Origin: a virus
Direction: 5' to 3' (one strand)
DNA: 40,374 nucleotides
IMG/VR virus record: IMGVR_UViG_3300049795_000021
Location: 1-40,374 of that record
Shown here piece after piece: positions 1 through 7,089 of this stretch (positions are counted from its first letter, which is position 1; each line of letters starts with the position of its first letter). A program made the translations under genes and the position numbers. Under the pieces are notes generated by a model, which saw nothing but the letters and a program-made list of their open reading frames with translations, had not been told where the DNA came from and made no database searches.

Positions 1-105
1 CCCGGAGGCGTCTGGCAGATCATCCTGTGGATCGTCCTCGCCCTGATCGCCGTGTTCCTGTTCCAAAATATCGTCCTGCCGCTCATCCACACGATCCAGA
101 AGTAA
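1..105 (+). CDS. 3' portion of the small 1-TM lysis-cassette peptide gene. Duplicate of 40248..40352 caused by the terminal overlap.
   Basis: Frame 1 reads PGGVWQIILWIVLALIAVFLFQNIVLPLIHTIQK, then TAA at 103-105. This is identical to the end of 40236..40352. Confidence 0.6.
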   Translation, partial: PGGVWQIILWIVLALIAVFLFQNIVLPLIHTIQK

Positions 106-127
106 AGGAAGGAAACTCCGATGGCCG
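1..127. repeat. Terminal direct repeat, left copy. Identical to 40248-40374, so this is a circular-assembly overlap.
   Basis: Base-by-base comparison shows 1-127 equals 40248-40374 at an offset of 40247. The repeat runs across the 3' end of a small gene, its stop, an RBS and the first 7 nt of the next gene. That does not look like a natural genome end. Confidence 0.9.
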
Positions 128-396
128 ACACGCTCGATACCGCAACTCCCCGTCGGCTCCTCGTCGACGGTCGCGATCCATCCGCCGATGAGGCGATCAC
201 CGTCAGCGACGACACGATCCTGTCGGTCGCCGCACCCGACGCCAACGGCCAGACCTTCGTGACCGGCGTGGCCGACGGTGCGGCAACGATCACCGTCAGC
301 CCGGGTGCTGAGGACGTCAACCGTTCCGAGGGCTCCGACGACATCACCGTAACCACGTTCGTCCCCCCGACGCCTCTTGCCGTGACCCTCGAATGA
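121..396 (+). CDS. Small protein with a bacterial Ig-like (Big_2-like) domain pattern
   Basis: 91 aa. GGAAGGAAA RBS lies upstream of the ATG. The segment ITVSDDTILSVAAPDANGQTFVTGVADGAATITVSP resembles the Big_2 strand pattern. High GC3. Confidence 0.55.
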   Translation: MADTLDTATPRRLLVDGRDPSADEAITVSDDTILSVAAPDANGQTFVTGVADGAATITVSPGAEDVNRSEGSDDITVTTFVPPTPLAVTLE

Positions 397-581
397 CGCG
401 CCGAGAGGTCATGCAAGCCGCCGTGGATCGCGAGATGGCGACGCTCGGACCGCCACCACGGGGAGATGGCAAAGCGACCCTCCGCTACATCGCGCGGGTC
501 TACGAGGGCGCCGACCGCATCCTTCGCACGCCGCTTCCTCACGAGACGTGGCGCGAGCGCCTGACGAGGTGGTTCGGATGA
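393..581 (+). CDS. Hypothetical protein
   Basis: 62 aa. ATGA overlap with the upstream stop. Coding-like composition. Confidence 0.5.
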   Translation: MTRREVMQAAVDREMATLGPPPRGDGKATLRYIARVYEGADRILRTPLPHETWRERLTRWFG

Positions 582-739
582 GCGCTCATGTCACCATCGA
601 TCAGACGGATACCGGCTGGCGGGTCGAGGTGACCGAAGGCGATCACGTCATCGTCGAGACCGATGGGCCGTCTTGTGTGGTGGCGGTCCACCCGGACGAC
701 GACGACAAGCAGACGCCGCTCGCCGTGACGCTGAGCTGA
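578..739 (+). CDS. Hypothetical acidic small protein
   Basis: ATG at 578 overlaps the upstream stop (ATGA). 53 aa. Ends in TPLAVTLS, like the end of the 121..396 product (TPLAVTLE). Confidence 0.5.
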   Translation: MSAHVTIDQTDTGWRVEVTEGDHVIVETDGPSCVVAVHPDDDDKQTPLAVTLS

Positions 740-1150
740 ATGAGCGAACGCCGCCGGTACACCCGCAAGCAGAAGGTCAGCATCGTGATGGCGGCCGCGG
801 CCTCGTCGACCCTTGCGGCAGCCGAGCAGGCAGGCATCCCCGAGTCCACGGTCCGGTACTGGCTCGAAAAGCCCGAGTTTGCGAGTCTCCGCGACAAAAC
901 GCGCGAGGAAGCAGCCGAGGGCTGGAAGGTCGTGCTGCACCTTGCACAGGAGCGAATCGTCGAGCTGATCCCGAAGATGGACCCCGACGAGATCATGGTG
1001 CTGGCCGGCATTGCCACCGATAAGAGCCAGCTTCTGTCGGGTGGTCCGACCAGCCGTGAATCACGGATCACCGAGGGCTGGGACGATCACGAGAAGCTCG
1101 CGCTCCGCGATGCGATCAGGGCCGAACTCGTGAAGCGGGCAGAAGCATGA
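740..1150 (+). CDS. terS: Terminase small subunit (putative)
   Basis: 136 aa. Lies directly upstream of and translationally coupled (ATGA) to the large terminase. N-terminal HTH-like segment AAEQAGIPESTVRYWL. Confidence 0.6.
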   Translation: MSERRRYTRKQKVSIVMAAAASSTLAAAEQAGIPESTVRYWLEKPEFASLRDKTREEAAEGWKVVLHLAQERIVELIPKMDPDEIMVLAGIATDKSQLLSGGPTSRESRITEGWDDHEKLALRDAIRAELVKRAEA

Positions 1151-2430
1151 GCGTCGCGATCCTTGAGCACACTGCGACCGAGGATTTGCGCGCCTTCCTC
1201 GGGGACGAATACGCCGATCCAGACGATTTCGCGTCCCAGGAGCACGAGCAGTTCTATGACTCGCACCACGCCGAACTCGTGGCATCGGGTTGGATGGGCG
1301 CCGGCAAGAGCCGCGTGTTGACCGAGAAGGCATGGAACGTGGCACGGTCGTATCCCGGCGTGACGGTGGCCCTGTTCCGCAAGGCGCAGAACTCGATCGC
1401 CCACACCACGGAGCGGACGTTCGAGCGGGACGTGCTCGACCGTAGATATCTCGCCAAGCGCAACAAGACCGAGCACTTCTGGGAGCTGACGAACGGCAGC
1501 CGGATCTACTTCCTCGGCCTCGACCCCGACCCGATCACGGGCGTTCCGTCGAAGGTCGGCTCGATGGACCTCGGCTGGGCCGGCGTCGACGAGGCGGTGG
1601 AGCTGACCGAGGAAGACTGGATCATGCTCCTCGGCCGGCTTCGGGATCCGCGGATGCCATGGCACCAGTTGGCCGCTGCGACCAACCCCGGACCGCCAAA
1701 GCACTGGCTTCGGATGCGGATGCTGGCCTCGCAGGACCGCCTGATGCTCGCGATCCGGGCCAACAAGTTCCTGACCCCCGAGTACGTGGCGATGCTGGCC
1801 AACCTGCCGGACACCGCCGCAGGGCGGAGACTCGGCAGAGGTGAATGGGCCGCCGCCGAAGGGGTCATCTGGACGCTGCCCGATACCCAGGTCCGCGACG
1901 AAGCGGGGCCGTGGAAGACGGTAGAGGCGGGGCTGGACTGGGGCTTCGTCCACGCCTTCGCCTGCGAGGTGCTGGGGCTGTCAGGGTCCGGTCGGCTGGC
2001 CGTGATCGACGAGGTCTGGGAACAGGGTCTGACCATCGATCAGATCATCCCCGTCCTCGAAGTCGTCCGCCACAAGCACGGCATCACCCGCTTTTGGGCC
2101 GACCCCTCGGAGCCCGGCTACATCCTCCAATGCCAGCGCGCGGGACTGCCCGTTGAGCCAGCCCACAACGCCGTATCGCCAGGCATCGACGCCGTGTCCA
2201 CGGCCATCGCCCGGGGGATGACGGTCGGCCCGGACTGTCGCGGCCTGCTCGGCGAGCTACCGGGCTACACGTGGGCGCCGAACCGGGCGGGCGGCTTCCA
2301 TGAGCGACCGATCGAGATCAACGACGACGCCTGCGACGCCCTCCGCTACGGCGTCGTGGGGATCACCCGAGCCTTGGAGGACAACCCGTGGGCGGCGCTG
2401 GCCGGTCAGCGGGTCGGAGGCGTGGCGTGA
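1147..2430 (+). CDS. terL: Terminase large subunit
   Basis: 427 aa. Walker A GWMGAGKS, Walker B LGWAGVDEA and coupling motif ATNP. Nuclease-domain acidic motifs GLDWGF, FWADPSEPG and NDDACDALRYG. Confidence 0.9.
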   Translation: MSVAILEHTATEDLRAFLGDEYADPDDFASQEHEQFYDSHHAELVASGWMGAGKSRVLTEKAWNVARSYPGVTVALFRKAQNSIAHTTERTFERDVLDRRYLAKRNKTEHFWELTNGSRIYFLGLDPDPITGVPSKVGSMDLGWAGVDEAVELTEEDWIMLLGRLRDPRMPWHQLAAATNPGPPKHWLRMRMLASQDRLMLAIRANKFLTPEYVAMLANLPDTAAGRRLGRGEWAAAEGVIWTLPDTQVRDEAGPWKTVEAGLDWGFVHAFACEVLGLSGSGRLAVIDEVWEQGLTIDQIIPVLEVVRHKHGITRFWADPSEPGYILQCQRAGLPVEPAHNAVSPGIDAVSTAIARGMTVGPDCRGLLGELPGYTWAPNRAGGFHERPIEINDDACDALRYGVVGITRALEDNPWAALAGQRVGGVA

Positions 2431-2708
2431 GTCACGTAGGCGAACATGTTCGGATCGTCAACGGTCCACAACTGGATGCGATGGAAGTGGACGCGATCTT
2501 CGCCGACCCGCCAATGGTGGCCCGACAGCCAACCGCGTCGAGTACGCCACCACCGCGCGGGTTCGTCATTGCACATCGCCGGTACGACTTGCTTGGCCGC
2601 CTCCGCATCGGTGAACAGGCCGTCGATGAATGTCTCAACGTTAGGCGATCCATCATCCAGCCATCGCGGTTCGTTGCGCGCCTCCGTCAGCGCCAGCCAT
2701 ATGTCCAT
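2406..2708 (-). CDS. Hypothetical Trp-rich protein. Downstream gene of the reverse-strand two-gene cassette.
   Basis: 100 aa. Its ATG (2708) abuts the stop of the upstream minus-strand gene (2709). The composition is not the R/A/G-rich kind seen in antisense artefact ORFs. The 3' end overlaps the terL stop convergently by 25 nt. Confidence 0.55.
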   Translation of the reverse strand: MDIWLALTEARNEPRWLDDGSPNVETFIDGLFTDAEAAKQVVPAMCNDEPARWWRTRRGWLSGHHWRVGEDRVHFHRIQLWTVDDPNMFAYVTHATPPTR

Positions 2709-2930
2709 CTACTTCCCCTTCTTCGGAGCGGGAGTGAACGGGCGGGAGTTGAACGGCGGACCAGTCGGACGGGCGAATATACCCAGTTCGTTTACCTCGA
2801 TCCGGCCCCCACTGACGCTATGTCCAGCAGGGGTCCATTGGCCAATGATGTGGCCATTCGCCGTGACGATCGTCAGCTTCGTGAGGGAGGCGTAGCGACG
2901 CCTGAACTTGGAACTCGGCATCTCATCCAT
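2709..2930 (-). CDS. Small protein with a Phd/YefM-like antitoxin N-terminal pattern (tentative)
   Basis: 73 aa from the ATG at 2930. Alternative starts are GTG 2936 and ATG 2921. The segment FRRRYASLTKLTIVTANGHIIGQW resembles the strand-helix-strand N-terminus of Phd/YefM antitoxins. Lys-rich tail PAPKKGK. A -10-like TACAAT lies 7 nt upstream of the ATG. Confidence 0.5.
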   Translation of the reverse strand: MDEMPSSKFRRRYASLTKLTIVTANGHIIGQWTPAGHSVSGGRIEVNELGIFARPTGPPFNSRPFTPAPKKGK

Positions 2931-2937
2931 GCACACG

Positions 2938-2947
2938 ATTGTACCAG
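2938..2947 (-). promoter_or_regulatory. Extended -10-like promoter element (CTGGTACAAT on the minus strand) for the reverse cassette. Predicts a leaderless transcript.
   Basis: The minus strand reads cTGgTACAAT-cgtgtgc-ATG. TACAAT fits TANNNT with a TGn extension. The 7-nt gap puts the transcription start at or near the A of ATG 2930. Confidence 0.4.
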
Positions 2948-2969
2948 CGCGTACAGCGGTGTACCAGCG
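2941..2969. repeat. Three direct GTAC(C)AGCG repeats phased at exactly 10 bp. Operator-like.
   Basis: GTACCAGCGC / GTACAGCGGT / GTACCAGCGT begin at 2941, 2951 and 2961. They lie in the 32-38 bp divergent gap between the reverse cassette and the + strand gene at 2969. Confidence 0.6.
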
Positions 2970-3118
2970 TGACCAACGCGATCACCCGCTACGCCGAAGC
3001 CGCCTACGCCTTGCTCGTGGCCGGCGCGGCGATGCTCTGGCCGCCGCTCGCCCTCGTCGTCGCGGCGGGCTACCTCGTGACCCTCGCGGTCATCGCTGAT
3101 CGGAGGACGCCGCCGTGA
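2969..3118 (+). CDS. Small hydrophobic (2-TM) protein
   Basis: GTG start. The 49-aa product is VTNAITRYAEAAYALLVAGAAMLWPPLALVVAAGYLVTLAVIADRRTPP. It fills the gap before the portal gene. Confidence 0.45.
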   Translation: MTNAITRYAEAAYALLVAGAAMLWPPLALVVAAGYLVTLAVIADRRTPP

Positions 3119-3197
3119 GCTACTTCCCTCGACGCACGAGATCCGGTGAGTGCGTCGGAGGAGAGGTCCGAACCGGACGGACGTTGGGAGGGATCGT

Positions 3198-5675
3198 ATG
3201 AGCATCGCGATCCCTCCCAAGCTCGCCGCGAAGGCCGGCCCCATCGGTCCCGGTAGCGGGCCGCTCCTGACTGAGTTCCCGCTGTCCGCCTACGCCAAGC
3301 CCAGCGCCCAGAAGAAGATGCAGAAGGCGTGGGCGCTGTCGTTCGAGGTGCCGTGGATCGCTGCAGCGGAGGATGCGATCACCGAACGGTTCGCGGGGGT
3401 CGAGTGGCACCTCGAAGACGAGAACGACGACGCCATCGACGACGCCTATCCGAACCAGGATGCGCAACTGGCGCGGACGCTAATCGAGAAGCCCGCGGCC
3501 AACCTGCCGGTGGGCGCGGCGTTCTACCGCTCCGACCTGTGGGCGCTCACGGCCCGGGCGATGGGCATCTGCGGCTCGTCGTTCATCTTCCTCGACCAGC
3601 CGGAACGGGTCGCCCGGACGCCGGCCGCGATGCTTCCGATCGCACCGTGGCGGATGAGCCCGAATGAGGACTCGCAGGGCAACCTCCTGACCTGGCAGAT
3701 CGACAAGACGCAGACGAGCCCCGGCATCGAAGTCTCGCTAGAGCAGATCCTCCATTACAAGCTCCGTCCCAACTTCGCCGGCCACTTCGGGGTCGGGCTC
3801 GTCGAAAGCGCGCTGCGCAAGGCCCAGATCACGACGGGCCTCGACGACCACATCGGGCTCGTGCTGTCCGGTGGCGGACGCTTGTCGGGCATCCTCTCGC
3901 CGAAGACCGGCATCGTTGGCGGAGATGAGATCCTCCAGATGGAGCGCGACTGGCGGACGATTGTCGAGCAGAGCGATGCCGCCAAGCGGTTGCAGCTCGT
4001 GCGGGCGCCGATCCAGTTCGACCGGACCACGCTCACGCCCGACGAGCTGAAGATCCGCGATCTCATGGTCGGCTCGCGGGACGACCTGCTGGCGCTGTGG
4101 GGCGTTCCGCTGTCGATCATTGGCGGCTCGACTCCCGCAGGGCTGAACTCAGGTGACACCCGCAAGTACGACGAGGCGGCGATCTGGCAGGGGCCGATCC
4201 ACCACCGACTCAACGTTTTCCGCGAGATCACGCAGTACCAGCTTCTCGACCGCTGGCGCGACCTCGGTGTCACGATCGAGCTGGAGATCGACGAACCGGA
4301 GTTTGACGACGACTCGCCGCGCTACGACCTCCTCGGCAAGTCCGTCAACGTTGCCCTGACGGACGATGAGCGTCGAGCACTGATCGGCAAGGAACCCCTG
4401 CCGAACGGCCTCGGGCTGATGGTCCGGCTGCCGGCAACGATCGTCGAGTCGTTCGCCGTGCCGTCGGTCGACGAAACCCCGTCGATCACCACGACGGTCC
4501 TCGGTCGGGCGGCGCAGCAGCAGCTCACGTCGGGCGATTCGGCGATGCTCGCGGCCGGCGAGACGAAAGCTGCCCTCCATCCCCGCGTCCAGCCGTTGCA
4601 CCAGGCGCTCATCCGCATCCGCAACCACATGGCATCGAAGGTCACCCCGCGGCTGCAGTCGTCCGTGGCGCAAGTGCTCACCGACCAGCGCCACGACATC
4701 GCCGCCCGACTCCGGGAGCACGCGGATCACGTCACGAAGAACCCCCGCGACACGAGCACATGGTTCGACAAAGGCTGGGACGCCAAGCTCCACAAGGCGT
4801 TGGTGCCGCACCTCACGGTCATGGCCGAGGCGGTCGTGGCGCAGGTTCACGACGTTCTGCCGGCCAAGCCGCACAAGGCCGGTCCTGTAGGGGCGGTCGA
4901 GCGGACCCTCAATCGTGGCGCGGCTCGGGTGACCGGGATCAACGAGACGACACGGGCGAAGATCCAGGAGGCCATCATCCGCGGGCTGGAGGACGGGTTG
5001 TCAGTTCTCGACGTGGCGGACCTGATCGAGGAATCGGGGACGGTCGGCGGTCTGGAGATGGGCGCGCTGTTCGACGAGTACCGCGCCGAGATGATCGCCC
5101 GGACCGAGCTGATGGACGCCTACAACGGCGCGGCCATCGGCAGCTACTCCGACGCCGGGATCACGCAGGTCGAGGCGATCGACGGCGACGGGGATGAGGA
5201 GTGCGCCGCGCGCGATGGGCAGACGTTCGGCATCGACGAGGCGGACGCCATCGAAGATCACCCGAACGGAACCTTGGATTGGGTGCCCGTGATCGGGGAG
5301 GAGGTCGCTATCGAAGGCAAGGCGGCCGTATCTGCACCCGTTCCCGTCACCACGCCCCAGAACTTCAACTTCAACTTCCCGGAGGGCATGGTCCGCGTCG
5401 AGCACCACGCCGGCGATGTCCACGTGGCCGCAGCGGAACCACAGATCATCCCGCCGGCGCAGATCGATGTCCACGTCCCCGACCAGCCGGCGCCGATCGT
5501 GAACACCGTGGTCAACGTTCCCGAAACGCCTGCGCCCATCGTCAACGTGGCCGGCGACACGCACATCGTCAACGTCCCGGAACCGTCCGTGACGGTGGTC
5601 GACGTCAAGCCAACCCGCAAGGTCATCGACCGCGATCGGACGGGCACGATCACCGGCATTCACGAGGAGAACTGA
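3198..5675 (+). CDS. Portal protein fused to a MuF / SPP1 gp7-like minor head protein domain
   Basis: ATG 3198 is preceded by GGGAGGG. 825 aa. Located downstream of terL. The C-terminal third carries MuF-like motifs (EMIARTELMDAYNGAAIG, DEECAARDGQTF, HPNGTLDW). A Pro/Val-rich repeat tail follows (VPDQPAPIVN, VPETPAPIVN, VPEPSVTVV). Confidence 0.75.
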   Translation: MSIAIPPKLAAKAGPIGPGSGPLLTEFPLSAYAKPSAQKKMQKAWALSFEVPWIAAAEDAITERFAGVEWHLEDENDDAIDDAYPNQDAQLARTLIEKPAANLPVGAAFYRSDLWALTARAMGICGSSFIFLDQPERVARTPAAMLPIAPWRMSPNEDSQGNLLTWQIDKTQTSPGIEVSLEQILHYKLRPNFAGHFGVGLVESALRKAQITTGLDDHIGLVLSGGGRLSGILSPKTGIVGGDEILQMERDWRTIVEQSDAAKRLQLVRAPIQFDRTTLTPDELKIRDLMVGSRDDLLALWGVPLSIIGGSTPAGLNSGDTRKYDEAAIWQGPIHHRLNVFREITQYQLLDRWRDLGVTIELEIDEPEFDDDSPRYDLLGKSVNVALTDDERRALIGKEPLPNGLGLMVRLPATIVESFAVPSVDETPSITTTVLGRAAQQQLTSGDSAMLAAGETKAALHPRVQPLHQALIRIRNHMASKVTPRLQSSVAQVLTDQRHDIAARLREHADHVTKNPRDTSTWFDKGWDAKLHKALVPHLTVMAEAVVAQVHDVLPAKPHKAGPVGAVERTLNRGAARVTGINETTRAKIQEAIIRGLEDGLSVLDVADLIEESGTVGGLEMGALFDEYRAEMIARTELMDAYNGAAIGSYSDAGITQVEAIDGDGDEECAARDGQTFGIDEADAIEDHPNGTLDWVPVIGEEVAIEGKAAVSAPVPVTTPQNFNFNFPEGMVRVEHHAGDVHVAAAEPQIIPPAQIDVHVPDQPAPIVNTVVNVPETPAPIVNVAGDTHIVNVPEPSVTVVDVKPTRKVIDRDRTGTITGIHEEN

Positions 5676-6625
5676 TGGACGATCTGCTCATGGCTCCGCG
5701 TGGCGATGTCGAGGTTCGGACGACGTCGCTCGTACCCGATGGCGCCCGCCCCGGTCTCCGTGAGCTGTGCGACGACCCGCGGGCGTTCACTCGTCCGATC
5801 CTGATTCGCGGGATCTGGCGCGATGCCGCCTTCGGAATGCAGCGGCGGGTCTGGCGTGAGCGTGTCCAGACGCACAACCTCCAGCTGAACGTCGGGCGCG
5901 ACCAGCAGAAGCGCATCGCGATGTTCGGCGACTTCGGAACCGCCCTCAATACCCTGGCGGCAGTGGGCACGGCGTCGGCCCCGACGGCCACGACATGGAC
6001 GGGCGCCGCGTCGTCGTTCCCGACCGCGACATCCGCCGCAGGCAATGCCGGCCTGCAGGGCAAGCTCGCTTTCATCGCCAATGCGATCTCCGCAGCGGCG
6101 TTCACGAACCCGGTCGTCGGGGTCATCCTGTCGAACACGGCCACTGTCCTGACGGTCGACCAGTGGTACGCCGTCCCGGTCACCGGCGCGGCAGGCACGA
6201 CGCCGGCCACAAACAGCGCATGCCTGATCCTGCCCGGCGGTGGGCCGATGTGGTTCTGCGCCCTGTCCACGAGCACCGCCGCAGCTGTGGCGAGCGACGT
6301 CACCCGCACGGCCGACGGACTGTGGGCCGATGGCACCGGTGGTGGCACGACGACTGAGCAGACGGCCAACGGCCTCGCCCGCGCGTACGTCGGTCATGGC
6401 AGCGCGACGCCGCCGACGATCTCCGGCGCGAACAACTACACCTACGGCCACACGTGGACGTACACCGGCGCGTCGACGGTCACGATCGGCAAGGTCGTCC
6501 TGTTCAACTCGCTCGCCTTCGCCGGCACCATCCCGATGCTCGAGACGCTCCTCAACGCGAATGCCTCGGTCGCAGCCAACGGCGACACGATCGTCCTGTC
6601 GTCCTGGTCGGTCACGGTGAACTGA
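5675..6625 (+). CDS. Hypothetical Ala/Thr/Gly-rich protein. First gene of the portal-protease insertion.
   Basis: The ATG overlaps the portal stop (TGATG). 316 aa. No recognisable motif. The longer ORF starting at 5201 overlaps the portal gene and is rejected. Confidence 0.6.
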   Translation: MDDLLMAPRGDVEVRTTSLVPDGARPGLRELCDDPRAFTRPILIRGIWRDAAFGMQRRVWRERVQTHNLQLNVGRDQQKRIAMFGDFGTALNTLAAVGTASAPTATTWTGAASSFPTATSAAGNAGLQGKLAFIANAISAAAFTNPVVGVILSNTATVLTVDQWYAVPVTGAAGTTPATNSACLILPGGGPMWFCALSTSTAAAVASDVTRTADGLWADGTGGGTTTEQTANGLARAYVGHGSATPPTISGANNYTYGHTWTYTGASTVTIGKVVLFNSLAFAGTIPMLETLLNANASVAANGDTIVLSSWSVTVN

Positions 6626-6627
6626 CG

Positions 6628-7089
6628 ATGGCTGCTGTCTTCACCGTCAACTCGGGCAAGGTCGCCGCTGCGTCGGCGGCGCTGAAGGTGGCCGTCCAGC
6701 TTGCCTCCACCGCCAACAAGACCTGCAAGATCATCGCGGTGGATTTCACCTTCGACGGGACGGATGCGACGAAGACGCCGATCCTCTGCGAGATGGTTCG
6801 CGAAACGGGCGTAAGTGCAACCGGCGGCACGGCCCCGACCCCGGTTCTGGCCGGCGGCGATGCGTCCGTCACCAGCGCGATGACCGCTCGGATCAACGAC
6901 ACCGCAGATGGCTCGGGGCCAACGGTGATCTGCGGCTGGCTTGTCTCGCCCACGTCGGGCTTCTCCTACCAGTGGCCGCTCGGGCGCGAGATCACCCTCA
7001 AGATCAGCGACTTCGTGGCGGCGCGGGTGACGACGGTGGCGGGGTCGGGTACGCCGAACTACGACGTCACCGTCTGGTACGAGGAGTGA
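6628..7089 (+). CDS. Hypothetical beta-rich protein
   Basis: ATG lies 2 nt after the upstream stop. 153 aa. High GC3. No recognised motif. Confidence 0.6.
   Translation: MAAVFTVNSGKVAAASAALKVAVQLASTANKTCKIIAVDFTFDGTDATKTPILCEMVRETGVSATGGTAPTPVLAGGDASVTSAMTARINDTADGSGPTVICGWLVSPTSGFSYQWPLGREITLKISDFVAARVTTVAGSGTPNYDVTVWYEE

Noticed and set aside
5201-5674. Upstream extension of ORF 5201..6625
   Set aside because: It overlaps the portal-MuF C-terminus out of frame and is Arg-rich low-complexity. ATG 5675 overlaps the portal stop and gives a sensible N-terminus.
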